From NCBI GenBank assembly GCA_000165345.1, contig CM000434.1, positions 64,001-128,000 on the forward strand: a stretch of DNA of 64,000 bases, read 5' to 3'. Shown here piece after piece: positions 1 through 11,253 of the stretch. Position numbers and translations under genes: made by a program. Each line of letters begins with the position of its first letter. The first letter of the stretch is position 1. The notes under the pieces were generated by a model. It was not told the DNA's origin. It made no database searches and saw nothing but the letters and a program-made list of their open reading frames with translations.

Positions 1-1
1 A

Positions 2-168
2 AAATGGGAAGAAGATAAACTTATTAAAGGAAGAAATGAACCAATAAAAATTATTCAAGTTGCAGAAATTTTATTTAAGATTTACTCCAATAATTCAAAA
101 TTTTCATTCAATCAATTTATTGATGAAATATACAAAAACACTTTTAAAATGTACTTTAAAGCAATATA
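2..168 (+). CDS. 3' end of an upstream gene (C-terminal fragment, hypothetical protein); ORF runs in from before the window and stops at TAG 166-168
   Basis: Frame 2 is open from position 2 and reads ...KWEEDKLIKGRNEPIKIIQVAEILFKIYSNNSKFSFNQFIDEIYKNTFKMYFKAI*. Codon usage looks protein-like and the region is less AT-rich than the flanking intergenic DNA. No family recognised. Confidence 0.3.
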
Positions 169-399
169 GAGATTTGATTTAATTTAATAATTTTTAAAAT
201 TCATATATATTCTTTTTTTAATTCTTCATATTTTATTTATTTTTTTCATAAAATTTTATTCTTTGAATAATTTCTCTTTTTTTTCTTTAAATCTTTATGA
301 ATTATTTTTACTTTAATTTCATTTTTACATTATTATAATCTTATTTGTATTTCAACAAATAATTAAAATTAAAATTCATCAATGCAAAAATTATTTATA

Positions 400-490
400 T
401 TTTATCCACATGAAATAATTTTTTATATACCGGTCAAAAATTTACACGTAAAATTGTATTTTTCAATACCGGTTATTCGTAATACGAATT
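400..490. promoter_or_regulatory. Composite GC-containing motif cluster (CCACATG / ATACCGGT x2 / ACACGTAA / CGTAATACG) about 320-400 bp upstream of the DGAT2-family gene
   Basis: ccacatg 406-412; ataccggt 427-434 and 467-474; acacgtaa 445-452. The same motif set recurs in at least six other intergenic regions (see findings). Confidence 0.35.
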
Positions 491-804
491 ATTTTGGGTA
501 AACAAAGAGGAAAAAAAAAGGAAAAAAGAAAAAAAATAATAAACATTAATTTTATAATTTAGGATAATTTTCAAGCAATATTAGTTTTTGGTGAAGTTTT
601 GAAAAAAAAACAGATAAATTGAATTTGTTTGTTATTTTATTTGTGGGGAAATTTTTTGTTAATTATTATTATTATTGGTTTTGGTAATTATATTTGTGTG
701 AAAGTAAACTCTTATGGTTTCGATAAAAATTATTGATTAATAATATAAATAAAGACAAAGAAAAAAAAAGAAAATTTGGCTTATTTTTAAACTATTTGGT
801 TAAT

Positions 805-1956
805 ATGGAGAATGCAAAAAATGAAATTTTAATTAAAGAATCTGATTGTAAAATAAAAATAATTGATATTCCAGTTGATTTTCAACAAGGCGGAATAAGA
901 CCAATTTTAGGATGTATTTCATATACAATACTAATTTTAACATGGGGAATTTCAATATTAATACCTGTTGGACTAGTATATTGGTTTTTTCTTGGTAATT
1001 GGAATATGATAATACTTTTATTAACCATAATTTTAGTACCAATAATTTTTAATTGGCATGATAATGTTCCTGGTGTTATTAAGTATTTAAGTAATTTATT
1101 AACAAAAGATGTTCATCATTGGACTGGTAAGTTAATTAATTTTTATTCTCTATTTTTAATAATTATTTTTATTTTAATTTTAGGCCCTGGTAAAATAATT
1201 ATTGAAGATCCAGATTTTGATGTTAATTCAAAACAATTATTATGCTTACATCCACATGGTATATTGGGAATAGGATCTATGTATATTATTATAAGTGGAA
1301 TTTTTTCAAAGTTACATTTAATTGTTACAGAATCACTAGTATGGTTGCAACCGATTATTAGTGTAATATTAAATTCAACAGTAAAATTAAGAGGAGCCTC
1401 ACATTTTTCATTTAAGCAAACTATGAAAAGAGAAGAGGGACCATTAGTCATGTTTCCTGGAGGGTTTCATGAAACTATACTTTTAAATTGGGGTAAAGAT
1501 GCCGTATTTATTGAAAGAAGATTTGGTTTTATTAAATATTGTTTAAAGTACAATTATTTAATACGTCCAGTTTATGTTTTTGGTGAATGTTTATCTTTTC
1601 ACCAATTCCAACATTTTAAGAGATTTAGATGGATTCTTAATGATTTCAGTTTACCAAGTGTTATATTTTGTGGCGAAACTTGGTGGAATCCTTTATTACC
1701 TCTCAGAAATGTACCTTATTTAATAGTTATTGGAAAACCAATCAATTCTGATATTATTAATAATTCTTACAATTCTAAATTAAACAATAACAATAATCCT
1801 TCTAGAGAAATGGTTAAAAAATACCATTCACTTTATATTCAAAATCTCAAAAGAATTTATACCCAATATTCACCATTCTACCAATCTTTTTTTAATGATC
1901 ATCCTTTACTTGAAAGATATATTCAAAACAAGTCAAAAGAACTTACTATTGAGTAG
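805..1956 (+). CDS. Diacylglycerol/monoacylglycerol O-acyltransferase, DGAT2/MGAT family
   Basis: Supplied ORF 733..1956 starts with TTG. First in-frame ATG is at 805. The translation has the DGAT2-family HPHG motif (LHPHGILGIG), FPGGxxE (MFPGGFHET) and an RRGF-like block (ERRFGFIKYCL), with an N-terminal hydrophobic segment. A candidate in-frame intron lies at 1127..1183 (GTAAGT...TTTTAG, 57 nt). It could instead encode a hydrophobic stretch. Confidence 0.7.
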   Translation: MENAKNEILIKESDCKIKIIDIPVDFQQGGIRPILGCISYTILILTWGISILIPVGLVYWFFLGNWNMIILLLTIILVPIIFNWHDNVPGVIKYLSNLLTKDVHHWTGKLINFYSLFLIIIFILILGPGKIIIEDPDFDVNSKQLLCLHPHGILGIGSMYIIISGIFSKLHLIVTESLVWLQPIISVILNSTVKLRGASHFSFKQTMKREEGPLVMFPGGFHETILLNWGKDAVFIERRFGFIKYCLKYNYLIRPVYVFGECLSFHQFQHFKRFRWILNDFSLPSVIFCGETWWNPLLPLRNVPYLIVIGKPINSDIINNSYNSKLNNNNNPSREMVKKYHSLYIQNLKRIYTQYSPFYQSFFNDHPLLERYIQNKSKELTIE

Positions 1957-2228
1957 TTTACCAACTTAACTCCTTTTTTTTTTTTTTTTTTTCTCCCTTT
2001 CCAAATTGAATACATTCATTACAGAAAATGAAAATAAGTTCATAAAAATAACAAAATATTTATTAAAGAAAAAAAAAAATAACAATAAAAAACAATAAGA
2101 AAAATATTATTACTATTATGAATAATAATAATACCAATAATTCTATCATATATATCTCTAAGAAATCCGATTTCTACAGATAATAATCATCTTTTCTTCT
2201 TTTTTTTTTTTCTCCCTTCTCTCTTCAT

Positions 2229-5200
2229 TCAATAAATATCACCAAAATCTATATTCAATAAACGAGAATGTCTTCCATAGCCATACTCATCTTCAATTCC
2301 TTTCTTCTTTATTGCATTCATTGATATACTGGTAGTCTTTCTGTTCTCATTATTATTATTATTATTATTATTACTTGTAATATTACCACAAGATCTTATT
2401 ATATCTTCATCATTTGGTATCTTTCTTTGAAGAGAAACTATGTGATCACCTAAAGATAAAGCAATACCTTGTGTCCTACTTCTTATGCGAACTGTTCCTG
2501 TTATCATCATTTTTGGCTCCTTTTCTACTCCTTCTCTTTGATTATTACTAACCAATTGTTTTTCTAAACTTATATTAACTAGAGCATCCTCTCCAAAAAT
2601 ACTTCTTGCATACAAATTTGTAGCAAAGAAACTTGACTTCTTATCCATCATTATTAAATGATTTGAATTATCACTCTCATTATTATTATCATTATTATTA
2701 TTACTAGTATTAGTATTACTACTCTTATAAGTACCGATATTTATACCGGTACCATTACCACCAATCATCATCATCATCATACTTTCAATACTACTATAAC
2801 CTACCAATGATAATTTAGTTTCTTTGATCAAATATTTTAAAAATTGTATAAAAGAGTCACAACTTGTATGTATTGGAATTTTATTTTCCCATTCAAATTC
2901 TGACCATAATTGTCTAAATAATGGACAAGGAATATTTGAATTAGTAATGAAATCAATCAAATCTATACTAATTTCATTCAATACCACAATATCATTCAAA
3001 CCTAATAATTGAGATGATGATGATGATACTGCTCCGGATCCTATTCCTCCTCCTAATCCATCATTTTGAGAATTTTTGGTTTGAAATGTAACAAAACCAA
3101 ACAATATTCCAGTCTCAATAGATTTTACTTGTGCAACAGAATAAACATGAATAGTATTTCCAGGATCTAAATGATTAATATTTTGTGGTTTTTCTATTAC
3201 TCTTAAATTTCCATAAGGATATAATTCAATTTGTACGTTTTGAACTGCTTTATAACTTTGATTAGTTACTATCAATTCTAATAATACATCTTGATGTTGT
3301 ACTTGAAGTATTGCTTCTATGTAAATTGGATCACTTAAACCTGTTATTGAATATATTCTTTTAGATGTATTAGATTGATCAATACTTCCTTTTTTTCCAT
3401 TATTCGAATTTTTTATATTTAAAGGATCCATTACCATACTATCATCAAAACATTCAAATTCATCATCATCATCATTAATCTGTGTTATATCCACATTATT
3501 TGAAAATACTTTTTCTCTAAATTGTCTAAAATTAACAACATTATATGGAAATCTTCTTGAGGAATTCTTATTTAAACGTTTATTCTCTTTAAATAACTCT
3601 CTCAACTTCATTCCACCATTAATTCCTCCTCCAAGTTCAATTTCATTCCCTTCAATTCCTTGAAACTTTGGAAATAATTTCCTTCTTAACATGATTGTTC
3701 TTTTACTTAATCTAATCAATTCCAAATCTTTAAGATCTTTTTCATTTCCTAATTCTTCTTCATTCTTTTTCAATTGATCCAAATCATTGTAAATTGATTT
3801 AAGTAAAATATAACAATGACTTAATCTATGAGTTGNATCNTNCNNNANNCCNCCANNNNTNTGNTCATTTAAACAATNNNNTAANNAGCANNCNNTANTN
3901 TNAANANNCTTNTTAAANGTANNTANNNCTAAATNCAANATATTTTCTTCNTNCTTATTTTTTCCTTGTTCATCTTTAATTCCAATATTATTAGAAAAAC
4001 ATAATAATTTTATTAATGAAACTCCAATACTTGCAATTAAAAGTAAATCTTCATCTCTAATAATAATATTTCTCAAGTTATTAGTAGTAGTAACTCCAAT
4101 ATTATAACAATTTCCACCTTCAATACCTGTTGAAGAAGAATTCAATTGGGAATTACTAGTTCCTAATAAATTTGTAGAATTCATATTATTATTAGCACCA
4201 TAATATCCATCAACATTACATTCCAAATCCTGAGTTGCATATGTTCCATCNTCCANNNNNNCNNNTNNNGTCNACTNNNTTTGTCATGNATAAGTATTTC
4301 CTACTCCTACCCCTCCTCTTTTAGCAATCTTATCATTATCAATAAAACTATCATTATTAGAATTATTATTATTATCATTATAATCATAATCATCATCATC
4401 ATTGTAATTATCATTTCCCATTAAACTTTGACTAGCTCTTCTATTTGGATGATTTCTTATTTTAATAGGTAAAGGTTCCAAAGAATTGTAAATTACATTA
4501 ATAATATCAATAATCTTTCTTTTATCATTTCCATATTCACATTCACTTAAAATCCATAAACAAGTTCTTAATGGTCTACTGAATTGTATTAATGATAAAT
4601 GAATTATTAATTGATCAACAATTTCATATTGATATTCTGAATAATTAACAACCATTTCTCTAAGAAATTGAATAATTTCATTAACAATAATAGGATTTGA
4701 ATTGGATAAAAATGTCATCATTGAATTAATCATAGGCTTAAAAGTAATTTTATGGTATTTTCTTGTAATCTCATGTAATGCTTTAATTAATATTAACTGA
4801 TAATTTTGAAATTGTTGAAAATCAGATAATTTCCCTCCTCCATAATTCATTGTTCTTAATCCACCAAAAGCTTCTGCTCCTCCCATTCCAAAACTATTAT
4901 CATCATTATTATTATAGTAATTAAAGTCAATATCTGCAGTAAAATGATAAGTTTGATTAAATTCATGATTACCAAATCCAGCAATATTATGATGATGATG
5001 ATGAACAGAGTTATTATTACTACTTCCATTATCATTAACATTATTATTATTATTATTATTATTACTATTGTTATTACTATTAAACTTATAATTTTGAAGT
5101 GAAATATCTTGTAAATGTTTTAATAGAAATTGAAATATATCCAAACAATTATTTTTAGTTAATAATGATGACAACACAATTTGAATAACTTTAATCTGTA

Positions 5201-6221
5201 AAGAATAACAATTTGAACATAATAATACTCTTAATATATCTTTGACAAAGAATTTCTGTAGAATATATAAAGCTGAAGTAATTCCAGTGATTTTAGAAAT
5301 TTTATTTAATACAATATAACGAACATTATTATCAGAATGAGTTAATAATAAGTTAATATATGCTTGCAAAGCAATCTTTATAGAACTATTTGGTGTAGAA
5401 TTTCCAATCTTAATTAATGTATTAGCTCCTTCAAAAGATACTGCAGAAGATCCTGATTGGGTAATATTAATAATAAGCTGAACAAGATTATTTCTATAAT
5501 TTGGATGATCCTTATAATTCTTTCCTAATAATTCCAATAATACCATTTGAATAACATCTCCCATATAAGTAACATTTTCTTGAATGGATAATATATATCT
5601 TAATGATCTTTCAACATCACAATATGTTAAAACAAGAAAAGCATTTCTTTTTGTTGATATATCTCCTTCTATTAATAATAATTTTTCAACTTCATCAACA
5701 GCATTAGGAATAATATCAACTCCAAATGTTTTGATAATAGAATATATACACATGACAGCATTTCTTCTTACATAAGAATGTCTATGTTGGAGATTCTCTA
5801 AAATAGATTCGATTAATGGTTGAATCAATTTAATGAATCTTAAATTACATAATAGACGTAAAGTTGAACCTCTAATATATTCATTAGGATGTTGTAAATC
5901 ATTTCTTAATGCATTACAAACAAGAATCATTTCTTCTTTAAGTGATCCGTCACTATTACATTTTTCTACAATTTCCCAATAAAGTTGTAAGTACTTTTTT
6001 ACTTTATGATTCGTACTTTGTACTACATATCTTATAACAGTCATTAATAATCGATTATAAGATTCACCATGAGTCATCCATATAATTAATTCTCTTAAAG
6101 CTTTACATTTTTCATTATCACTTGGATCTTCCAATCTTTTTTGTAATTCTGAACTTGATGGTGCATTTGAACCAACAATTGCTGGTACTAATAATGTACA
6201 ATTTTTTTCATACTCGAACAT
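2229..6221 (-). CDS. copB: Coatomer (COPI) subunit beta; the two supplied minus-strand ORFs 4284..6221 and 2229..4226 are one CDS broken by ambiguous bases
   Basis: ATG at 6221. N-terminal adaptin-like region matches COPB1 blocks (EYIRGSTLRLLCNLR, LQHRHSYVRRNAVMCIYSI, KRNAFLVL). C-terminal ORF matches the coatomer-beta C-terminal/appendage region (YARSIFGEDALVNISLEKQ, TGTVRIRSRTQGIALSLGDHI, LYPYGNLRVIEKP). n-containing stretches at 3836-3960 and 4250-4290 break the frame. Asn/His-rich insertions are typical of this genome type. Confidence 0.85.
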
Positions 6222-6323
6222 TATTATATAATATAAATAATATATTATTTCTTGTCCTGATCAACTTCCAATTTAACTTATTAATTTGAATTTACTTTAG
6301 GAATAATTTGATCTAGGCAAGGC

Positions 6324-6371
<48 letters not shown>

Positions 6372-6722
6372 ATTATTATATATTTGATATATTATTCTTT
6401 CTTTTATATATTAATAATAAATTTTAATCTTCAAAAAAGAAAGAAAATTCTCATATATAAATATTTATATTTAAAGAGGATGAAGATTTAAATTAAATTG
6501 ATTCCAATTTAATTCAATAGTTTTTCTTTAATTAAAGAAAAAAAAAAAACTTCACACCCCTCTTTATTAGAATAAATTTGATTACTTTTTTCCTTTCTTA
6601 AAATAATAATTTATATATATTTATTTATTCTTGCATTTTAACTTGAATAATTAATTCTTTATTCTAAATATAATTATTGCTCTTTAGTAATTTTCTTTCT
6701 TATATTTATTATTAAATATTAT

Positions 6723-6787
6723 ACACGTAATAAATAAATGATTAAAATCAGGCGGGCCAAGCTGGCGCCTGTGAGGACTGTGGGGGA
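6723..6787. promoter_or_regulatory. ACACGTAAT plus a GC island with E2F-like GGCGGG/GGCGCC cores, about 500 bp upstream of copB ATG
   Basis: acacgtaat 6723-6731; caggcgggccaagctggcgcctgtgaggactgtggggg 6749-6786 is a striking GC-rich block in DNA that is otherwise above 85% AT. Confidence 0.3.
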
Positions 6788-6794
6788 ATATAAA

Positions 6795-7595
6795 TCAACT
6801 CCATTTTTCTTGATTTTTTTTAAAATTCAAATGATTTGATTTAGTTTCAGATATTAATGATTCTATGACATTTTCTTCTTGTACGATTAATGTTTTTTCT
6901 TTTTTTTTATGTTGATTTCTGATTTTCAATTCTTGTTCTTTATTTTTGATACCATTTTCATGTTTTTTTCCTTCATCAGCTTTAATATCTTGATTATAAT
7001 AATCTTTTCTTGAATCAAATTCCAACTCTTCATCATCTCTTTCTTCTTTTTTTTCTTCTTCATCATCGTCATCATCGTCATCATCATCGTCATCATCATC
7101 ATCATCTTCGTCATCTTCAGCTTCATAATCCTCATCATCATCAGAATCATACAATGAATCATCATCTAATGGATTACTGATAGTATTTAGAGAAGTATTC
7201 TTATCAAAAAAAGAGTCATTTGAGATTTGAGAATTAATATTTACTAATTGAGACTCATCTTTTTCTTTAGAATATGAATTTACTGGAATTATTAAATTAT
7301 GATTATTTTTATCATCATTTTCTTCTTCTTCATCCTCTTCTTCATCTTCCTCTTCTTCTTCCTCTTCATCTTCTTCTTCATCGCCTTCTTCATCATAATT
7401 ACCATTAAAACTACTATACAAGTTATTTATTAAATCATCTGAAAATGTTAAAGGAAGTGAATAATCAAAAATAATATGAATATTCTCTGGAAATGATTTA
7501 TTTAAAATAAAAAATTCATTGATTGGATTTCCTGTCAAATTGATCTCCAATTCAAATAAATTATCATTAACTAATTCCAATATAAAATTTCTCAA
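6795..7595 (-). CDS. Hypothetical protein segment: LRR-cap-like N-part followed by an extremely acidic (D/E-rich) tail. No in-frame ATG for about 200 codons, so probably a downstream exon of an unresolved gene model
   Basis: ORF starts with TTG directly after a stop. LELVNDNLFELEINLTGNPINEFFILN is followed by long poly-E/D tracts. The architecture (LRR then acidic tail) is reminiscent of ANP32-type proteins but the similarity is weak. May belong with ORF 7696..8649, although no canonical GT...AG intron joins them. Confidence 0.3.
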   Translation of the reverse strand: MRNFILELVNDNLFELEINLTGNPINEFFILNKSFPENIHIIFDYSLPLTFSDDLINNLYSSFNGNYDEEGDEEEDEEEEEEEDEEEDEEEENDDKNNHNLIIPVNSYSKEKDESQLVNINSQISNDSFFDKNTSLNTISNPLDDDSLYDSDDDEDYEAEDDEDDDDDDDDDDDDDDDEEEKKEERDDEELEFDSRKDYYNQDIKADEGKKHENGIKNKEQELKIRNQHKKKEKTLIVQEENVIESLISETKSNHLNFKKNQEKWS

Positions 7596-7695
7596 TATTA
7601 TTCAAGAAATTGCTCTTAATAAATTATTAGAAAAATCAAAATAAATTTTATAATTGGACAAATTTAATCCATTTTTATTATTCAATATAATATTA

Positions 7696-8649
7696 TTAAG
7701 AAAATTCTTTCATAATTAATAATGCATTTTCATCATTTAAATGGTTACTATGAAATGATAATATTCTTAAATTCATCAAATTTGTTCCCATTTTCTCCAA
7801 ATTCATATATTTTATTATATTATTTAAATAAACCTGATTTCTAATTTTCTTTTTAGTATCATCAAATAATAATAATTGACTTATATTTAATTCACTCAAT
7901 TTTATTTCCATTTTATTTAATATCAAATCAAATATATTCCTTAATTCTATTTGATCTATTACAATATTTACCAAGTTAAAACTTAATAATTTTTCTTTTA
8001 TTAAATTCATATTATTCATTATTTTAGATAATAATGAAAACATAAAACTTTTATTTTCTTCCATATTCTGATTATTATTATTCAAAATTTTTCTTCTTTT
8101 ATTATCAATTCTTAAAGTTTGAGATTTTGATATATTATTATAATAAAATCTACAATCTTTAAAATATAATTCTAAACCATATTTTCCATTTAAAGTAATA
8201 TTATTAAATAACCAATCTAACCAATAATTTATTTCATAATTATTTAATATTATATTACTATTAATGAATTTTATTTTATTAATATTCTTAAAAATTATTC
8301 TTGAAAGATTCTCATTTATATCATTTAATAATAATTCATCCAATTCAATATTTTCATTAATATCTAATATTATCAATTCTTGTATATTATCACAATATTC
8401 AGTAATTGTATATTTATCATAATTTAATCTTAAAAATTGTATTATTTTAAATAAACCAACAATATTTGTTTTTAATTTAGTCATATATTTTGAATCTTTT
8501 TTGATTATTTTCCAAATCTCATCATCATTAATATCTTTTAAATCCATTTCCTCACATATTAATTTCCTTTTAATTCGTATTCTTTCATTTATTGGTAAAT
8601 TCTCCAATATTATTTCTTTTATTAAATATTCTTCTTTATTATTTACCAT
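7696..8649 (-). CDS. Hypothetical leucine-rich-repeat-like protein (317 aa)
   Basis: True ATG at 8649. Repeated LxxLxLxxN-type segments (LILDINENIELDELLLNDINENLSRI, LMNLRILSFHSNHLNDENALL). No specific family recognised. Confidence 0.4.
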   Translation of the reverse strand: MVNNKEEYLIKEIILENLPINERIRIKRKLICEEMDLKDINDDEIWKIIKKDSKYMTKLKTNIVGLFKIIQFLRLNYDKYTITEYCDNIQELIILDINENIELDELLLNDINENLSRIIFKNINKIKFINSNIILNNYEINYWLDWLFNNITLNGKYGLELYFKDCRFYYNNISKSQTLRIDNKRRKILNNNNQNMEENKSFMFSLLSKIMNNMNLIKEKLLSFNLVNIVIDQIELRNIFDLILNKMEIKLSELNISQLLLFDDTKKKIRNQVYLNNIIKYMNLEKMGTNLMNLRILSFHSNHLNDENALLIMKEFS

Positions 8650-9059
8650 TTAAAGAAAATAATAATTTCTATTAAAATTAATAAGCATTAATGAAAATAA
8701 TAATAATATTAATAATATTTCTTTCTTTCTTACTTTAACAATAATTTCTTAATAATTATTTCTGCATATTATTTGAATTTTAATATTTGAATAAATAATT
8801 TATTTATTGATTAAAATAATAATATAACAATTATTATTACTTAGAAATAATAATTTCTTATTCTTAAACTCTTCAAAATTCAAAATATTTTTTTTTTCCC
8901 AACAATTATTATATTTTGTGTTCTTTCATATATAGTTTCATGTATACCTTAAATAATATATTTTTTTAATAATAAAAATTCCACGTCATTATTCCCTTTA
9001 TATTTATTTTATTTTTATTACTTTTTTTTTTATTAAATATTTTCAATATATTTTAATTA

Positions 9060-10544
9060 CTATAATAAATTTCTTCTAATATAAATATTTTCCGCCTCAT
9101 TAATATTTTCTAATCCAAATTTATAATGATAATTATCAATATTTTGTTCTTTTTTAATAATTTTTGTTGAATTGTTATTAACTTTTGTTCTTGTATTATT
9201 AATATTTTCTGTAATATTCTGAACTAAACCCATTCCATTAAATATAATTTGTTCATTATAATAGTTATTATTATCATACTCAAAATTAGGATTTCCATAA
9301 TAATTATTATAATCATCAACATAATATCCAGCTTGATTATTCTGATTATAATATGATTGTTGTATATTTGTATTGATTTTATAAGAATCACTTTCTGGTA
9401 TTACTACTGATCCTAAACTAAATGGAACATATGGTGGTAAATTAATACCTACTTTTCTTAATGATAATATTTGATAACCATTTGAAGGTGAATATATATC
9501 AATCCTATTTGAACCAAATCTTAATGCACCAAAGAAACCAAGTTGAACAAATCTTGCAGAAGTTGACATTGAATGTTTTTCATCTTTATATGTTTTATCC
9601 ATAAATAATGTTGTACATAATCTTATTGGAGATATTAATGATGCATCATCAAACCAATAAGCTCTTAACCATTTATATATTGTTGACTTTACTGGCCAAT
9701 TAATTGGTTTTGTTATATACATAATATGTACTTTAACTCCATCAGGTCTTAACCAATCACCACTTAAATCATGTTTATCAAATAACCCTAGATATTTTAA
9801 GAAATTAATTGAAAAAAGAAAAGTAAAATAAAATAAAATAAAAAAATGAATAATAAACTTACATGATTGATTAGCCTTTGATAAAGTTGTATCAGCCCAT
9901 CTTGTTCTTAATGTTATTGTTCTTCCATGTTGATCAACAAAACCTTCAGCATTTTCTAATAAAACAGCAGTATTATCATTTGCATCCAAAAATAATCTTG
10001 AAAATAATCCATTAGCAGCTTGAGTTATACCATTAACAGTAAATATTGAACCTGTAATATATTTGGTAGCTAATACTGCATCAGTTCTATCAAACCTAAA
10101 TAAAAACTCTTCATTAGTTAATGGACTTAAAATTGGTTGTACTCTTGATGATTCTTCTCCTGTATATAATTGCCAATTTCCAGATAAATCCCATGTACAA
10201 CCTCTATATGGATTTCCTGATAATGAAATCCCTGTTGCAACATCTACTGCACAATGACATGTTGGCTGTTTTCCAATAATAAAACAATTTGCTCCAGGAC
10301 CACATTTTGCATTTTGACCTTCTTGTTCATTACATGCTAAGATTTAATATATAAAATAAAATCATTAAATTTTTAAGAAAAATTAAAGATTTATTGACTT
10401 ACTTTGATATATTTCTGTTACATACTGTGAATTTATTCTGCTTAATCCTGAAAATAATAAATTTATTAATATAAGATAAATATAAAATTGTGTTTTTGAT
10501 TTTATTAAAATATCAAACATTTCATTATGAAGAAATTTGTCCAT
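9060..10544 (-). CDS. Secreted protein with N-terminal signal peptide and an EGF-like cysteine module; 3 exons (10544..10403, 10336..9863, 9787..9060)
   Basis: ATG at 10544 gives MDKFLHNEMFDILIKSKTQFYIYLILINLLFSGLS (signal-like). Intron 1 is 10402..10337 (GTAAGT...TTAG). Exon 2 encodes CNEQEGQNAKCGPGANCFIIGKQPTCHC (EGF-like Cys spacing) and continues into the supplied ORF. Intron 2 is 9862..9788 (GTAAGT...TCTAG). Exon 3 ends at the stop at 9060 with an N/Y-rich tail. No family assigned. Confidence 0.5.
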
Positions 10545-11253
10545 TTCTTCATATTATATATATGCAATATAAATATAATATATTTAATTATTTATTTAAA
10601 TAGTAGTTTATTTTGATGAAATTTAACTTTTTTCGAAATATAAAATTTATTATATAAATTTGACCATTTTACTATTTTACGATACCTTATTCTTGAATTT
10701 TTATTATTATTTTGAATTTCTTCATTTTTTTTTAATTCTGATTTATTTCTAATTAATTTTTTTGTTTAAACTATTATTATGTTTTTAATTAAATTCAAAA
10801 TAATAATAAAAAAAATTCAAGATCTTTTCTTTACTCCAATTATATTAATTAATTTTTATTCATTATTTAATTTTTTTCTTAAAAATCAATGCAATAAGCC
10901 ATAAACATGCAATGCATTTTTTTTTGTTTAATTTTTACCCTCCCCCCAATTTAACATACCTAATATATTATTCTCTTATATAATAATTTGACCAAAGTTT
11001 TGGCGGGCTGACCATTAATTTTTTTTTTATTAATATTTTTTTTAATGATTTAAAGTTATCCTCACTGAAAAAGACCAAATTTGTGTTTGATTAAAATAAT
11101 TAAATATAGATTCTTCAATAATGGGAATTAAGAAATGATATATTATTATTTCTTGCTCACTTGAATTCTTAATGCATTAAGAATTTAAATTTTGAATAAA
11201 AGCAAAAATAATATAAATTTTAAAGAGAATAAAAAAAGTGAGTGAGATGATAA

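Noticed and set aside
3836-4290. Apparent breaks in copB (and similar breaks at 20645-20655, 39331-39340, 40455-40510, 61651, 61745)
   Set aside because: All coincide with ambiguous n base calls, so they are sequence-quality artefacts rather than biological frameshifts or introns.
4856-5775. Small ORFs overlapping copB on either strand (4856..5041, 5584..5775, 2824..3012)
   Set aside because: They are short, lie inside a well-supported large CDS and are mostly low-complexity. The same applies to many other <100-aa overlapping ORFs in the track, such as 833..1042, 1143..1451, 26901..27167, 30032..30293, 38334..38579, 44480..44740 and 47303..47899.
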